Virus record (IMG/VR): IMGVR_UViG_3300037458_001078
Span: 1 to 47,785 of that record
Strand: one strand, 5' to 3'
Length of the DNA: 47,785 bases
From: a virus
Taxonomy: Duplodnaviria; Caudoviricetes
Part shown: piece after piece, positions 25,403-35,423 of the stretch
Numbering within the stretch: the stretch's first letter is position 1
Layout: every line of letters starts with the position of its first letter
Notes under the pieces: generated by a model
Seen by the model: the letters and a program-made list of their open reading frames with translations, nothing else
Database searches by the model: none
What the model was told of the DNA's origin: nothing
Made by a program: the position numbers and the translations under genes

Positions 25403-26229
25403 TGCGGGTTCCAGTCCGGATCGGTCGGAGCCGTTTCCTCCGCCGCAGCGGGAACAGAGGAAACCCGGTTGGTGCTGACCAGGTCGCGCAGTTCTCGCGC
25501 TGCCAGATAAGCGCTGGAGGTGGGTTCGAGCAGGCTCTTGGACATGTCCCCCTTGGCGGGATCGAACTTAATGTTGTAGAACGTGCCCTTGGGGTTCTTG
25601 TCCTCAAACGTGGTGACCCGCACCAGGTGGGCGTAGAGCGGGGGACGCACGCGCTGTCCGCTCGGGGTCTTGACCTGGAACATGGACACACGAGTCATCC
25701 ACCGTTTGTACTGCCCAATCTTGGTCTTGGTACACGCAATGACAACAGGACCCGTCGGCTCGCTAGAGGCGTCCAATTGTACCGCGTACACGTAGAAGGT
25801 CTCCACCAGCTCGTTCCCCTCGGGCGTGGTGTATTGCCCAAACTGGGGGGAGCTTGCGCGAGCCTTCACGACCACGGGACTGGTGGGTTCGTGCACACCG
25901 AGGAATCCCCCGCCCTTCGCCTTGGGCAGCCACTCCACATAGAGATGGCGAGTGGTTGCGGGGACGATGTCCACCGCAGGCAGACAGTCATCGGTTACGC
26001 TGTTGTGCAACAGCCCCGGTTGGGCAGCTTCGAGACTGCGAACAATCGGGGAGTTGTCCTGTAACACAGCCAGCCACGGCAGACTGACGTCCGCCGGGGA
26101 CTGGTGTTCGAATCCTGCGCCCATATCTGCGCCGTAATCGGCGACAGGCACGAGTGCAGTGGTGGGTTGCGTGGATTGTGTCTCCGGTGTTGCGGGAGAC
26201 TGCGCGGTACTCTTTTTCATACTAGGCAT
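25399..26229 (-). CDS. Putative single-stranded DNA-binding/replication accessory protein
   Basis: GAGFE....D..LP.L..LQ..SP family seen next to phage helicases; acidic C-terminal tail. Confidence 0.55.
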   Translation of the reverse strand: MPSMKKSTAQSPATPETQSTQPTTALVPVADYGADMGAGFEHQSPADVSLPWLAVLQDNSPIVRSLEAAQPGLLHNSVTDDCLPAVDIVPATTRHLYVEWLPKAKGGGFLGVHEPTSPVVVKARASSPQFGQYTTPEGNELVETFYVYAVQLDASSEPTGPVVIACTKTKIGQYKRWMTRVSMFQVKTPSGQRVRPPLYAHLVRVTTFEDKNPKGTFYNIKFDPAKGDMSKSLLEPTSSAYLAARELRDLVSTNRVSSVPAAAEETAPTDPDWNPQ

Positions 26230-26296
26230 TTACTGGCAGGGTTGCATTATCGTTCCCCTGGTGAACGTCTATTCATGCCGATTTCCCAACATAGGG

Positions 26297-26818
26297 TTAG
26301 GCACGAACAGAAATCTTGCTGACCCGTTTACGGAACACGTTGAACAATTCCAGCGGAACGTCAACGCCCTCCTTCAACTTCTCAGAGACAAAGGCAGACA
26401 ACGTGCGGGGATGCACGGTGCGTTTCTCAGCGACCACGAGCTTCCGTTTCCGACGGGCGAGGTCTCGCACAAACTTCCGCGCCCAGTCCTCCTCGTCGCG
26501 CTGGAAGGTAATGGTGAAATTGCGCTTCACCAGATTGCCGTAATTGTGGGTGTCCAGCCACTCAATGGCGGGCACGTTAGTTGCCTCCGAAATGGACGCG
26601 AAGATGTTCTCGTCCAGCCTGACCTTTAACCCGGTGCTGGTGGTGAACTCGCTAACCCCAACCTCGTCCATGAGCGCAGGAATGTCTTCTTCGGCGATGA
26701 TGCGCAACTGGTTTTCCAGCTCCTCAACCCGTGCTTGTGCGGCTGCCAGTTGGTGTTCGTATTCTCGTTGTTGCTGAGCCATCTCAGACAACCGTTTTAG
26801 TGCGTCGGTATTTTCCAT
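26297..26818 (-). CDS. Conserved replication-module protein
   Basis: Coiled coil plus IP.LM.E.G and VHP.TL.AFV.E motifs. Confidence 0.7.
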   Translation of the reverse strand: MENTDALKRLSEMAQQQREYEHQLAAAQARVEELENQLRIIAEEDIPALMDEVGVSEFTTSTGLKVRLDENIFASISEATNVPAIEWLDTHNYGNLVKRNFTITFQRDEEDWARKFVRDLARRKRKLVVAEKRTVHPRTLSAFVSEKLKEGVDVPLELFNVFRKRVSKISVRA

Positions 26819-26844
26819 ATGTGTTCTGTGTTGTGCGTTATGTG

Positions 26845-27267
26845 CTACGGCTGATACGTGCCGTCGCCAGAATTCAAGGCTTCCTGGATGGACTCAGGTA
26901 GTCCGGTGTCATCCGGGTTCTCGTAGCCTAGTGCCTCCGACAAGTCTGCCTCCACGACCACGTATTCCTTCGACCGGGAGGACCACTGAAGCATGCGCAG
27001 CTTCGGGCAGTAGGAGGCGGCGATTGCCGTCGCCCACCCAATGAGGCAGGGGTTGCCCAACAGGAGGAGGTAGTCATCGCTGGTGAACGCAGACAGCTTT
27101 CTGCTGAGTTCGGCAATGACGGACTCAGGATTAAAGGGACCAGCGGTGGGGCTGAGCAACGGAACGAGCCTTCCGTACCGCTCCGCTGAGGCAGTGTTGA
27201 ACTTGGGCACAAGGTCGCCAGCGGCATTTGCCTTGTACTGGTGCTGAATTAAATACACGGTACTCAT
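26845..27267 (-). CDS. Conserved hypothetical protein
   Basis: AERYG.L, DYLLLLGNP motifs; tiled between replication genes. Confidence 0.7.
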   Translation of the reverse strand: MSTVYLIQHQYKANAAGDLVPKFNTASAERYGRLVPLLSPTAGPFNPESVIAELSRKLSAFTSDDYLLLLGNPCLIGWATAIAASYCPKLRMLQWSSRSKEYVVVEADLSEALGYENPDDTGLPESIQEALNSGDGTYQP

Positions 27268-27270
27268 GTG

Positions 27271-28731
27271 TTATGATTTGTGTTGGAGCCAGCTCCGGAC
27301 CTCGTCACCGAGAGCGGAGTCAGCAATTTGCTTTTTCTCGACTAGGCGCTTGACGATATGTTCGTCCACAGTTCCTTCCGCAATTAAATCTACGTAGGTC
27401 ACGGGGTGTTTTTGCCCAGGACGGTGGGCGCGATCCTCGGATTGCAGCCGGTCCACGAGTCGGAAAGTGGTGTTGTAGTAGATCACCAGCGTGGCCTGAA
27501 CTAGTGTTAGGCCCTCGGTCATACTCAGGTTGGCCACGAACCACTTCCGGCGTCCCGCAATAAAATCTGCCTTGGCCCTAGCACGGTCGTCATCCGACAC
27601 CTGCCCATCGTACCGGGCAGCCTGGTCGCCCAGGGCGGTAACAATCTGGTCGATGTCCTCCGTGTACTTCGCCCAGATAATCCCTTGCCCAGCGAAGTCC
27701 TGGGTAAGGTCGAGCAGCAGCTCTAGTCTCGGGTTGGGCGTGGCCAGGACCCGCTTGGACGCATCCTCACCGGTGGCGATGAACCCAGCTGTGACCTGTT
27801 GCAGACGGATCAACCGGGTCAACACCAGAGGCGCAAGGACCACTTCTCCGGAAGAGAGAAGCGCTAGGAACTCTTCGCACAGCTGGTTGTAAACACGCCA
27901 CTGCTCTGCGGACATTTGGAAGTAGCGGGTCGTATACAGCTTTGGTGGCAGGTCGAACACATCCGTCTTCAAGACCCGGCTAGCGTGCCCGCTGAGGATG
28001 GTCTCGAGCTGATCAATGTTCTGGTAGCCTACCACCTTGGCAAAGTCTCGGCGCACCCCGCCCGCCCAGGTAAACCCTTTCTCGAAGAGACCGAAGTGGT
28101 ATTTGAAGAGGACGAAACTGTCAAGTCCGTATTGACGCCAGAATTCCACATTGAGGAATTTCATCTGCGTGTATACGTCAAATGGACCGTTCCCGATCGG
28201 GGTGCCTGTCAAGATCCGGCGGTAAGTCGCCCGCTTCCCCAGGGCCAACAACGCCATGGTCCGCTTGGCGCTCGGGGACTTGATCCGGTGTGACTCATCC
28301 AACACCATCATCGTAGGACCCCGAGCCAGAAAACGTTCTGCTAGCTTGCGACCCGCCTTGGTAACGATGCCGTCGTACGTCATCGCTAAGATTCGGAATC
28401 CGTCAGGCTGCAACATCAGGGCTTCTAGCTCACGCCCCGCTCGGGTGTTCGCCTTCGCAGAATAGTGCAACCCCATCACAGGGAGCGGCCCATGCCAGTG
28501 GGCGGGCACCTCGTCGCTAAGCCAGTTGCGGTGCACCCCGTTCGGCGCCACCACCAGAAGTCCAGTGATCTTCTGCCGATCACGCAACCACCGAGCCGTG
28601 TCTAGGATTGGCTTAGTCTTACCAGCACCCTGTTCCCAAAACAAGCCACGGGACACCTGCTCGCGAGTAGCTAAAAACTCGTCCAGCTGATGCTTGAAGG
28701 GTTGGGTCTTGAATTGGAAATCAGGGTGCAT
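27271..28731 (-). CDS. SNF2-family helicase
   Basis: EQGAGKT, LDESH.IK, LTGTP, QSEDRAHR.GQ. Confidence 0.92.
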   Translation of the reverse strand: MHPDFQFKTQPFKHQLDEFLATREQVSRGLFWEQGAGKTKPILDTARWLRDRQKITGLLVVAPNGVHRNWLSDEVPAHWHGPLPVMGLHYSAKANTRAGRELEALMLQPDGFRILAMTYDGIVTKAGRKLAERFLARGPTMMVLDESHRIKSPSAKRTMALLALGKRATYRRILTGTPIGNGPFDVYTQMKFLNVEFWRQYGLDSFVLFKYHFGLFEKGFTWAGGVRRDFAKVVGYQNIDQLETILSGHASRVLKTDVFDLPPKLYTTRYFQMSAEQWRVYNQLCEEFLALLSSGEVVLAPLVLTRLIRLQQVTAGFIATGEDASKRVLATPNPRLELLLDLTQDFAGQGIIWAKYTEDIDQIVTALGDQAARYDGQVSDDDRARAKADFIAGRRKWFVANLSMTEGLTLVQATLVIYYNTTFRLVDRLQSEDRAHRPGQKHPVTYVDLIAEGTVDEHIVKRLVEKKQIADSALGDEVRSWLQHKS

Positions 28732-28741
28732 GGTGAAACTC

Positions 28742-29506
28742 CTAGCTTAGCAACGCAGTGGGTCCGCGGCCGATCTCAGCCTTCCCACCAGGGAGCCGGA
28801 TCTTGTGCCCGTCGCGCTGACCGTCCTGGCGTCCACCGGTGAGGACTCGGCTGTCAGCGGTTGCGCGTGCGCTCTTGAGACGCATATTTCTCTCCATCCA
28901 CGCGGCCACCTCGTCACCACGTTTCTTGATTCTCTGCAAGGCGCGGTTGACGCACATCAGCGCCTGTGGATTGTGCTCCTGTGCATGTTGGGCATGCTTG
29001 AACGTCTGGGCCTGACTCTCCCGCAGGCGCATGCACACGCTGTCCACAACACCCAGGCAATATGCCCGCACATAGGCACCCGAGTGTCCCCGTGCGGCTT
29101 CGACACGGAGCTTCTCCACCTGGCCAATCAGGTAGGCGTAAAGGTAGCGCACCGTGTTGACATCCGAGGGACGCCCCACGACGCAGATCTCCGTGCGCAA
29201 GTCACCTCGGCGAAAGTAGACTAGGCATTGATTCAGCTTGGCGATGCAGGAGGCCAGGGTCAGGGACCACCGGCTTTTCCAGTTCCGGACAGATTCCAGG
29301 GGATCATTGCCGAAATTTTGGATCGGCTCGTTTTCCTCGGGTCCCTCCGTGGCATCAGCGTTCAGGTTGATGCCGCTCACATCGAGCTTGTACTCGTCAA
29401 CCAACTGCTGGGCTTTAGCAGCCGCCAGCGCAGATTCGTGTTCGTTGGCACTCTCTGCCAACTTGAGGCACAATAGTGCTTTACGAAGAGCTTCAGCGTG
29501 GGTCAT
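28742..29506 (-). CDS. DUF2786-like protein
   Basis: LKLAESANEHESALAAAKAQQL N-terminal motif. Confidence 0.75.
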   Translation of the reverse strand: MTHAEALRKALLCLKLAESANEHESALAAAKAQQLVDEYKLDVSGINLNADATEGPEENEPIQNFGNDPLESVRNWKSRWSLTLASCIAKLNQCLVYFRRGDLRTEICVVGRPSDVNTVRYLYAYLIGQVEKLRVEAARGHSGAYVRAYCLGVVDSVCMRLRESQAQTFKHAQHAQEHNPQALMCVNRALQRIKKRGDEVAAWMERNMRLKSARATADSRVLTGGRQDGQRDGHKIRLPGGKAEIGRGPTALLS

Positions 29507-29617
29507 ATGTTCCGTATTCTAATTTTGGTTTTTCGTTTTCGCAGTCCCCGGTCATCGGGAACGGGGATACTATGGCTGAGACCGGGAGAAAGGTAAAGTA
29601 TTATTTTCAACTATTTT
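29504..29617 (-). promoter_or_regulatory. Promoter-leader cassette copy 7 (heads the replication operon)
   Basis: Near-identical to 409-519. Confidence 0.8.
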
Positions 29618-29623
29618 GGAGGA

Positions 29624-29703
29624 CCCTCCTGGACCGTCCGGAAACCCGGCGGAGGTCAAGTTCGCCCCGGCTCCCAAAAGCCGTCCAGCGGACCTCCAGA
29701 GGG
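29624..29703. repeat. Repeat A, inverted and degenerate
   Basis: Reverse-complement similarity to the core. Confidence 0.85.
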
Positions 29704-29743
29704 CGGCGCAGGGCTTTCCTGCGCCGCCCCTAAACCGACGTGT

Positions 29744-30250
29744 TTATCGCGACCGGAGATACTGCCGGATGGCGTCGGAGACCGGGGAGACATCCGTTGG
29801 CCCAGCACGAGGGACCGGCTGCCAGGCAGCTTCTGATCCCGACGAGGCGGGACCAGCTGTCTTGTCAACCGCCGACTTTAGAGCCAGCGATACCAGGTCG
29901 AGGTACGTCATAACCTGGGTCGAACTCTGGCTCGTTAGGATGGCGCTATAAGCCAGCATCGACCCCGCCCAGACGAGGCGAGCTTCTCCGGCGGACAGCC
30001 CGCCGTTTGGGAGGCTTGTGAGTGCAGCCTCCAGCGCCTCGGCCGAGGGCGGTTTGTCCGCCTTGGAGAACTCCGAAAAGACGCTCGCCACCAGCCCAAT
30101 GTAGGGACGGGCGTCCGGGTTGTTGTGGATGGCAGCAATCGCTGCCTGTTCGATGGCTACCGGGATTACCGGTGTGGCGAATCTCATCGCCTGGCATCCG
30201 ACGAGGGCCAGGGAGAGCGTTAGGACTGCTAGGGCGTGTTTTGTTTTCAT
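29744..30250 (-). CDS. Lipoprotein (last late gene; possible lysis or exclusion role)
   Basis: MKTKHALAVLTLSLALVG-C lipobox. Confidence 0.7.
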   Translation of the reverse strand: MKTKHALAVLTLSLALVGCQAMRFATPVIPVAIEQAAIAAIHNNPDARPYIGLVASVFSEFSKADKPPSAEALEAALTSLPNGGLSAGEARLVWAGSMLAYSAILTSQSSTQVMTYLDLVSLALKSAVDKTAGPASSGSEAAWQPVPRAGPTDVSPVSDAIRQYLRSR

Positions 30251-30361
30251 AGGAGTGTGTAAAAGAGCCAGAGCACGCTTACGGCCATTGCCCCCAGCGT
30301 TGCTAAGAGCAGGAGCCGAACCTTTCGAGCAATGCGGTAAATGTCTTTAGCGGTGTGGCAG

Positions 30362-30754
30362 TTATTCATGGTTCTTGGCGATTGCTCGTTGTTGAACTTC
30401 TCGGCGGAGCTGCTCGTTTTCACGTTCCAGCCGTTCCAACTCTTTCGCGAGCCGATTCAGTATTTCGGATACTCGGATCAGAGCCTCCGTAGCCCGGACC
30501 AGTGTCTCGGTGTTGATCTTAATGGTCTCCACCAGAATCTTTACCAGCTCCGAGTGGGAAGACTGAAGCCAGCGAAGAAGAAGAGCACACGCTGTCAGCA
30601 GAATTCCAACCGGAAGTCCAACCTTCTCGACGAAGAAGGAAAACGATTCCCCCGACACGGGAGACGCTTCTGACAATATGTAGAACACTCCCACGGGTAT
30701 GAGCCCAAGAGCTGTTCCAGTCAAGAATCCAGCGATGCTGAAGAGTAGGTTCAT
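30362..30754 (-). CDS. Membrane protein with coiled-coil tail (holin-like candidate)
   Basis: Two hydrophobic segments then a coiled coil; located after the tail fibre genes. Confidence 0.55.
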   Translation of the reverse strand: MNLLFSIAGFLTGTALGLIPVGVFYILSEASPVSGESFSFFVEKVGLPVGILLTACALLLRWLQSSHSELVKILVETIKINTETLVRATEALIRVSEILNRLAKELERLERENEQLRREVQQRAIAKNHE

Positions 30755-30804
30755 TTTAATTTGGTTCGTGTCTGATAAAGAAGGCCGGGAATTGCCCCGG
30801 CCCA

Positions 30805-31638
30805 TCATGGGTTTCCGCTTGTTCCGGCTCCACCATTGTAGAGACTCGAAATATCTGCTGAAGTCAACGCCACATCATACACGCGCACGTCGTCAATCGT
30901 GCCATACAGGCGCGTGGAGGCTCCGCCATACATCATCTGCATCGGAACTGATTGAGCGCCTGTGCCCTTGGTCCCGACACTGAATGTGGAACCTGCTGCA
31001 ACGCCATCCCAATACCATTGCCCCGAAGTGCCATTGCACGTCACGGCAATGTGGTGCCACGCAGAATTCGTCCAATAAGCAGGGGACTCAGTGTTGATCG
31101 TGTAGTTTCCAGCAGACCCATAGAACACCAGCAAAGCAACGCGATTGGTGTTAGCGGCGGTTAGCAAACTACCGTAGGACAACGCGAAGCCCTTGCTGCT
31201 TGAACTGGTAGTGTTCCCCAAAATCCCTTGGGCCGTATGTAGGCTTCCAGGGTGAATTCTAGCCCAAAACGCAATCGTAAACACTGCGTTGGTGTGAATG
31301 AACGCGCAGTAGTTCGTGCTATTGGCTGAACCGCTGGCGATGTCATAAATGTAGGCTTGGTTTCCTGAGCCATGAAGAGCCTTTCCAACTACCCCATTTG
31401 TCCACACCGGAGCAGGACTGCCGGCAAAATACCCCGGCATTGAAACAGTCTGCGCATAGTTCGTGATCGTGGTGCCGGTGTTTTCATCCATCTTCCACCA
31501 GCATTTCAAACCGGCTATTGTTGTGCTAGTTGGCGCAACTCTATTGGCGCCAGCCAATCGCCCAGGCGGGAAGGCATGCTGGCCTGTCGCGCTAAAACAA
31601 ATTGCGACAATGGCGAATAAGCAAATAAACAGTCTCAT
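30805..31638 (-). CDS. LamG/concanavalin-A-like domain protein with signal peptide
   Basis: WWKMDE..G, FTIAFW, WHHIAVT, GTIDDVRVYD.AL; N-terminal MRLFICLFAIVAICFSA. Confidence 0.85.
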   Translation of the reverse strand: MRLFICLFAIVAICFSATGQHAFPPGRLAGANRVAPTSTTIAGLKCWWKMDENTGTTITNYAQTVSMPGYFAGSPAPVWTNGVVGKALHGSGNQAYIYDIASGSANSTNYCAFIHTNAVFTIAFWARIHPGSLHTAQGILGNTTSSSSKGFALSYGSLLTAANTNRVALLVFYGSAGNYTINTESPAYWTNSAWHHIAVTCNGTSGQWYWDGVAAGSTFSVGTKGTGAQSVPMQMMYGGASTRLYGTIDDVRVYDVALTSADISSLYNGGAGTSGNP

Positions 31639-31642
31639 GGAA

Positions 31643-34600
31643 TTAGTTATTAGGCGGTTGTAGACAAACTGCAACATTCGTAGCACCAACGCCGTAGGAT
31701 GCCGTTGTAAAAATCCAACATCCATTCGACGCACCCAAAGTCACGCCATTGGTTGTGAACGGACCCATTCTAGTCCATCCAGACGGGAAAGAAAAAGTGA
31801 ACGCATTATTGGTTGCTTTCAAGAGAAACTCCCGCCAGACATAGGACGACAGTTGATTGGTGGCATGTAGCCAATTGACTGAATTGGTCAATGTAATCGC
31901 GGATGCCGGTATGCTGAGGTCAAGTATTGCATTTGACGTTGAACCAGATACGCGACCCATAGCAGTTGAAACTTGAACAGTGATATTGGTAGCCTGGATG
32001 TTTGTAAGCGCCTCACCACTTCCGCGAAAGTATTTGGCCGTAATCCTTGACCCTGATTCAAATATCACCCTATTTTCAGCATCATCCCCAGCTGCTCTTA
32101 GTGTCAAGGAATCAGATGCCTCAAAAATTGACGGAAGCGAACCACTGCTATCACGCATTGTAAAGGTGCTTCCAGACAAGATATTGTTGCTGACTATGAG
32201 ATCAGAGCCAGCGAATTGGAAGCCGTTAGTTGCCGCAAACATCATTGCGCCCTTTGTGTTATTTGTCACAATGTCTGTTCTTGGGGCACTAACAATCATC
32301 GCTCCAGGACCAGCCACAGCAGAGGCACCGATAGCAATTCCATAGCCAGCGATCACGTTGTTGCTATTGCCATAAGCAAACACATTGTAGCCAAACACAT
32401 GGTCGAACGCGCCGTTTGCTGTGCTAGCATGACCAATAGCATGAGCGTAGTTAGCCCCAGCGGTAGAATAGTGGCCAATCACTGAGCTTCCAGCAGTGCC
32501 TCGGTTGACTGCGCCAACGCCAATGGAGATAGGCAAGCCAAGAGATACCGACGAGTCGGTTTGACGCACATACTGCTCGCCACCAGAAATTCCAAGGCCA
32601 GACAATGAGTTTTGTGCAAATCTGGCCATACCCAAAGATGTTTTATAGCCGGTTCCAGTATCGCCGTATGCACCCGCCGAATACACCATCAAAATTGTGC
32701 CGTCGGACAATTCCACAGCAGTAGATGACCCAACGTTACCCGGAACTGTAGCTGCGTAAGTCCACCAATTTGCCTGCCCATTGGTTCCCGGCGTTGTGCC
32801 ATACATCGGCCTAAGTTGTAACTGCAAGCCGTTGGTTAACCACTGGTTAGTGCATGTGGCCACACGAATGCCGTATTGAAAACCATCTCCCAGTAATATG
32901 GTTCCGCCACGACGGAATCGGACAAACGCAGGCTCTTCAAAATACGTGCCCCCGTATTGGTTGAAGTGCGTTACGTCATTCGTCGTTGTTGCCAGCTTTG
33001 TCCAGTTAGTCAAATCAGTGCTGACCGCAGGCGCGATAGACCATGTTCCATTACCGCCAATGCAATACCACATCACGTAATTGGATGGATTGACCATTGT
33101 AACAGTGGGGGCATACAACCCTTGGATGTAGGTGCCATTTGTCTCCCACGTCTGAGTAATGGGCACGAGTGGCGCTCCACCATTCACCCACGTATAGCTT
33201 GCTGGATTGCTCCAATCAGTGCCAGCCAACGCAATTTTGGCTCCAATGCTCATCAGGCCGTTATGCGGGCCATCCATTGCATAGAGCGCCAAAATCCCAA
33301 AAACCCACAAGTTGCTGTTCGCGTCAATGACCGGGAATGGAGATGTTATGGCGCACGTTGGCGCGTATGGAGTCTCATTGGTGGCTGCAATAATCCCCTT
33401 CGACTGCCACGAGTATCCTTGGTTGGTAGAAGTCATCAGCCAACACTGGCCGTAAGCCAGAGCGTTTTCGCCGTTCAACGGAAAGCCGGTGTAGAAGCAA
33501 TACAAAGTTCCGTTGTGCTCAACCATCCCAGGGTCACGCGCACCCTGATAATGTCCAGCAATGTTCGTTCTGTGCATGATTGGCGATGGCGAATCATACA
33601 GCAATTGCCAACCAGAGTATCCGCCCCAAACGCCAGACGCCGGATAGAAGCCATTTGTATTCGCGCTGGCAGCCTCCGCCGAGGTCGCCAACCGCAGCCA
33701 TTGGCCGTTGGTCCCGCCGGCATGTGCAACGCCGTTTTGATTGACAGAGAATCGTGGATAGGGCTGCTGGACATTCCAGTTTGTAGTTGTTCCCAGATGC
33801 AGCCCTTGGAGGTTGGCTGTGCCGGGCACGTAGTTCTCAATGGACTCACCGATAGCAATAGCGTTGTTGGTATAAGAGGCAGCACCCGACCCGACAGCCA
33901 CGCCGCCACGCGCACGCGCTTTGGCAGCGTAACCCACCGCCACGCTGTTGCTCGCCTCGGCACTCATGCCTACCGCTACACCCCGGTTTGTTCCCCACGC
34001 ATTCAACCCCACAGCAACGGTGTTCGTGAATGCCTGCGAACCAGCGCCAACAGATACGTCATTTTGATTGCCGAAACCTTGGACAACGACGGAATTCAGG
34101 TAGCCTGTTTTGTAGCTGCCAACCACAGCAGACTGGCTTCCTGCGTGCGCATTGGTCCCGATTTGAATGAAGCCGCTTGCACCATACAGGCTTTGAGTGT
34201 TGGTTCTCAGAATCCAATCGCCGATGGCATTGGTAGGAACAGCAACATCACCAGTGGCCGAAAACACAGGAACTCCATTGCTGAGTGAAATAGATATTCC
34301 CGTTCCAGGCATGAAATTAAAGTTGGTGATACTCCAGCCATCTCCTTCAAATGACCCCATAAAGCTAATTGGCCGATTGGAGTCACCGTATATAGCAGGC
34401 TGATCATCGCTGAATTTAATAGAATTGATGAACCTAACTCCCTCAGACGCATCACGATATACCACCGGAAACAGTTCAGATGCATCTTCAATTTCAGCCA
34501 ATGGCGTTCTAACTACGTTGGTCCCGACGGCATTGGTCGCCGCCGTTTGGGCTATGTTGGTGGATTGGGAGAACGTCGTGTACTGAGCCGCAATCTGCGA

Positions 34601-34969
34601 CGCTGTCAGGAACGAGGAGGAATTGAAAGACGACGGCGTCCATCGCATTAGGTCGTATGCCTCCAGCATAGACGCTGAATTGGTCACCGTCAGGTAGCCC
34701 ACCTGGGTCGCCGAAAACGTGACCTGGTAATCCCCCGGCTCCATCGTGTTAGTAACCACCCCGTTGACCGGGGTAAGGCGCACCGGATTTCCGGCGACAA
34801 TGTAGGACCCCGTTCCCGGAGCGGGGAGGGAGATTCCCTGGACAGAAAAGGACGAGGTGAAGGGTTGTCCAGTAATCTGTCGGACATCAAACCGAACCTC
34901 CGTCGAGGAGGCGCACAAACAGGCCAGCCAGAAAACCAGTAAGGTGGAGAACGTACGGGTGGAGCGCAT
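31643..34969 (-). CDS. Tail fibre/adhesin-like protein: YadA-like head repeats plus a five-bladed beta-propeller glycosidase-like domain, with signal peptide
   Basis: Repeated VAVG..A.A; RDP, SPF, APT and EEP blade motifs with TSTN.G.SW / STDL.NW; hydrophobic N-terminus. Confidence 0.7.
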   Translation of the reverse strand: MRSTRTFSTLLVFWLACLCASSTEVRFDVRQITGQPFTSSFSVQGISLPAPGTGSYIVAGNPVRLTPVNGVVTNTMEPGDYQVTFSATQVGYLTVTNSASMLEAYDLMRWTPSSFNSSSFLTASQIAAQYTTFSQSTNIAQTAATNAVGTNVVRTPLAEIEDASELFPVVYRDASEGVRFINSIKFSDDQPAIYGDSNRPISFMGSFEGDGWSITNFNFMPGTGISISLSNGVPVFSATGDVAVPTNAIGDWILRTNTQSLYGASGFIQIGTNAHAGSQSAVVGSYKTGYLNSVVVQGFGNQNDVSVGAGSQAFTNTVAVGLNAWGTNRGVAVGMSAEASNSVAVGYAAKARARGGVAVGSGAASYTNNAIAIGESIENYVPGTANLQGLHLGTTTNWNVQQPYPRFSVNQNGVAHAGGTNGQWLRLATSAEAASANTNGFYPASGVWGGYSGWQLLYDSPSPIMHRTNIAGHYQGARDPGMVEHNGTLYCFYTGFPLNGENALAYGQCWLMTSTNQGYSWQSKGIIAATNETPYAPTCAITSPFPVIDANSNLWVFGILALYAMDGPHNGLMSIGAKIALAGTDWSNPASYTWVNGGAPLVPITQTWETNGTYIQGLYAPTVTMVNPSNYVMWYCIGGNGTWSIAPAVSTDLTNWTKLATTTNDVTHFNQYGGTYFEEPAFVRFRRGGTILLGDGFQYGIRVATCTNQWLTNGLQLQLRPMYGTTPGTNGQANWWTYAATVPGNVGSSTAVELSDGTILMVYSAGAYGDTGTGYKTSLGMARFAQNSLSGLGISGGEQYVRQTDSSVSLGLPISIGVGAVNRGTAGSSVIGHYSTAGANYAHAIGHASTANGAFDHVFGYNVFAYGNSNNVIAGYGIAIGASAVAGPGAMIVSAPRTDIVTNNTKGAMMFAATNGFQFAGSDLIVSNNILSGSTFTMRDSSGSLPSIFEASDSLTLRAAGDDAENRVIFESGSRITAKYFRGSGEALTNIQATNITVQVSTAMGRVSGSTSNAILDLSIPASAITLTNSVNWLHATNQLSSYVWREFLLKATNNAFTFSFPSGWTRMGPFTTNGVTLGASNGCWIFTTASYGVGATNVAVCLQPPNN

Positions 34970-35004
34970 AGAAATAGCTTTACTTTGAATTCAAAAAAAG
35001 TCAA
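34970..35004 (-). promoter_or_regulatory. Putative leaderless sigma70 promoter for the fibre gene
   Basis: TTGACT-17 nt-AAAGCT-6 nt-ATG; TTTGAATTCAAA palindrome in the spacer. Confidence 0.5.
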
Positions 35005-35011
35005 GAAAACT

Positions 35012-35422
35012 TTAATTCGCCAGCTCCCGCAACACCGGTTTCCCGTCCTCCAGGGGTCCGTTGGACGGCTTTTGGGAGCCGGGGGAGGAGTTGACCTCCG
35101 CTGGGTTCCCGGACGGTCCTGGAGGGGTTCCAGGGCTCCCAGACACCAGCCTCCCTGGAGGTGGGTACGGATACCGACGATTCAACTTCTGGCGCCGTTG
35201 GGGGCATTTACACTCTCGGCCAAACGTCTTCTTGTGCCACCGGCTGTAAGCCTCACTTCGCTCCGGTCCGATCAACCAATAAACGGTGTCCCCAACTCCA
35301 ACGTCCTCCGGATTACGGAACTGAGAAACCACACGAGCCCATATGGGCCACACCGGGTTCTTCCCCCTCTTTGCGACAACGGGTCTCCGCTCGAGCCCAA
35401 GAACAAAACGCGGGAGTTTCAT
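35012..35422 (-). CDS. Small Cys-containing tail-region protein with C-terminal repeat A extension
   Basis: GVGDTV...CKC..R..KLN..YPY motif followed by the repeat peptide. Confidence 0.65.
   Translation of the reverse strand: MKLPRFVLGLERRPVVAKRGKNPVWPIWARVVSQFRNPEDVGVGDTVYWLIGPERSEAYSRWHKKTFGRECKCPQRRQKLNRRYPYPPPGRLVSGSPGTPPGPSGNPAEVNSSPGSQKPSNGPLEDGKPVLRELAN
35035..35140. repeat. Repeat A, in frame
   Basis: [36 protein letters not shown]. Confidence 0.95.
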
Positions 35423-35423
35423 G

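Noticed and set aside
32957-34288. 443-aa plus-strand ORF
   Set aside because: Antisense to the fibre gene; no recognisable features
31643-34969. Diversity-generating retroelement targeting the fibre gene
   Set aside because: No reverse transcriptase and no TR/VR pair seen
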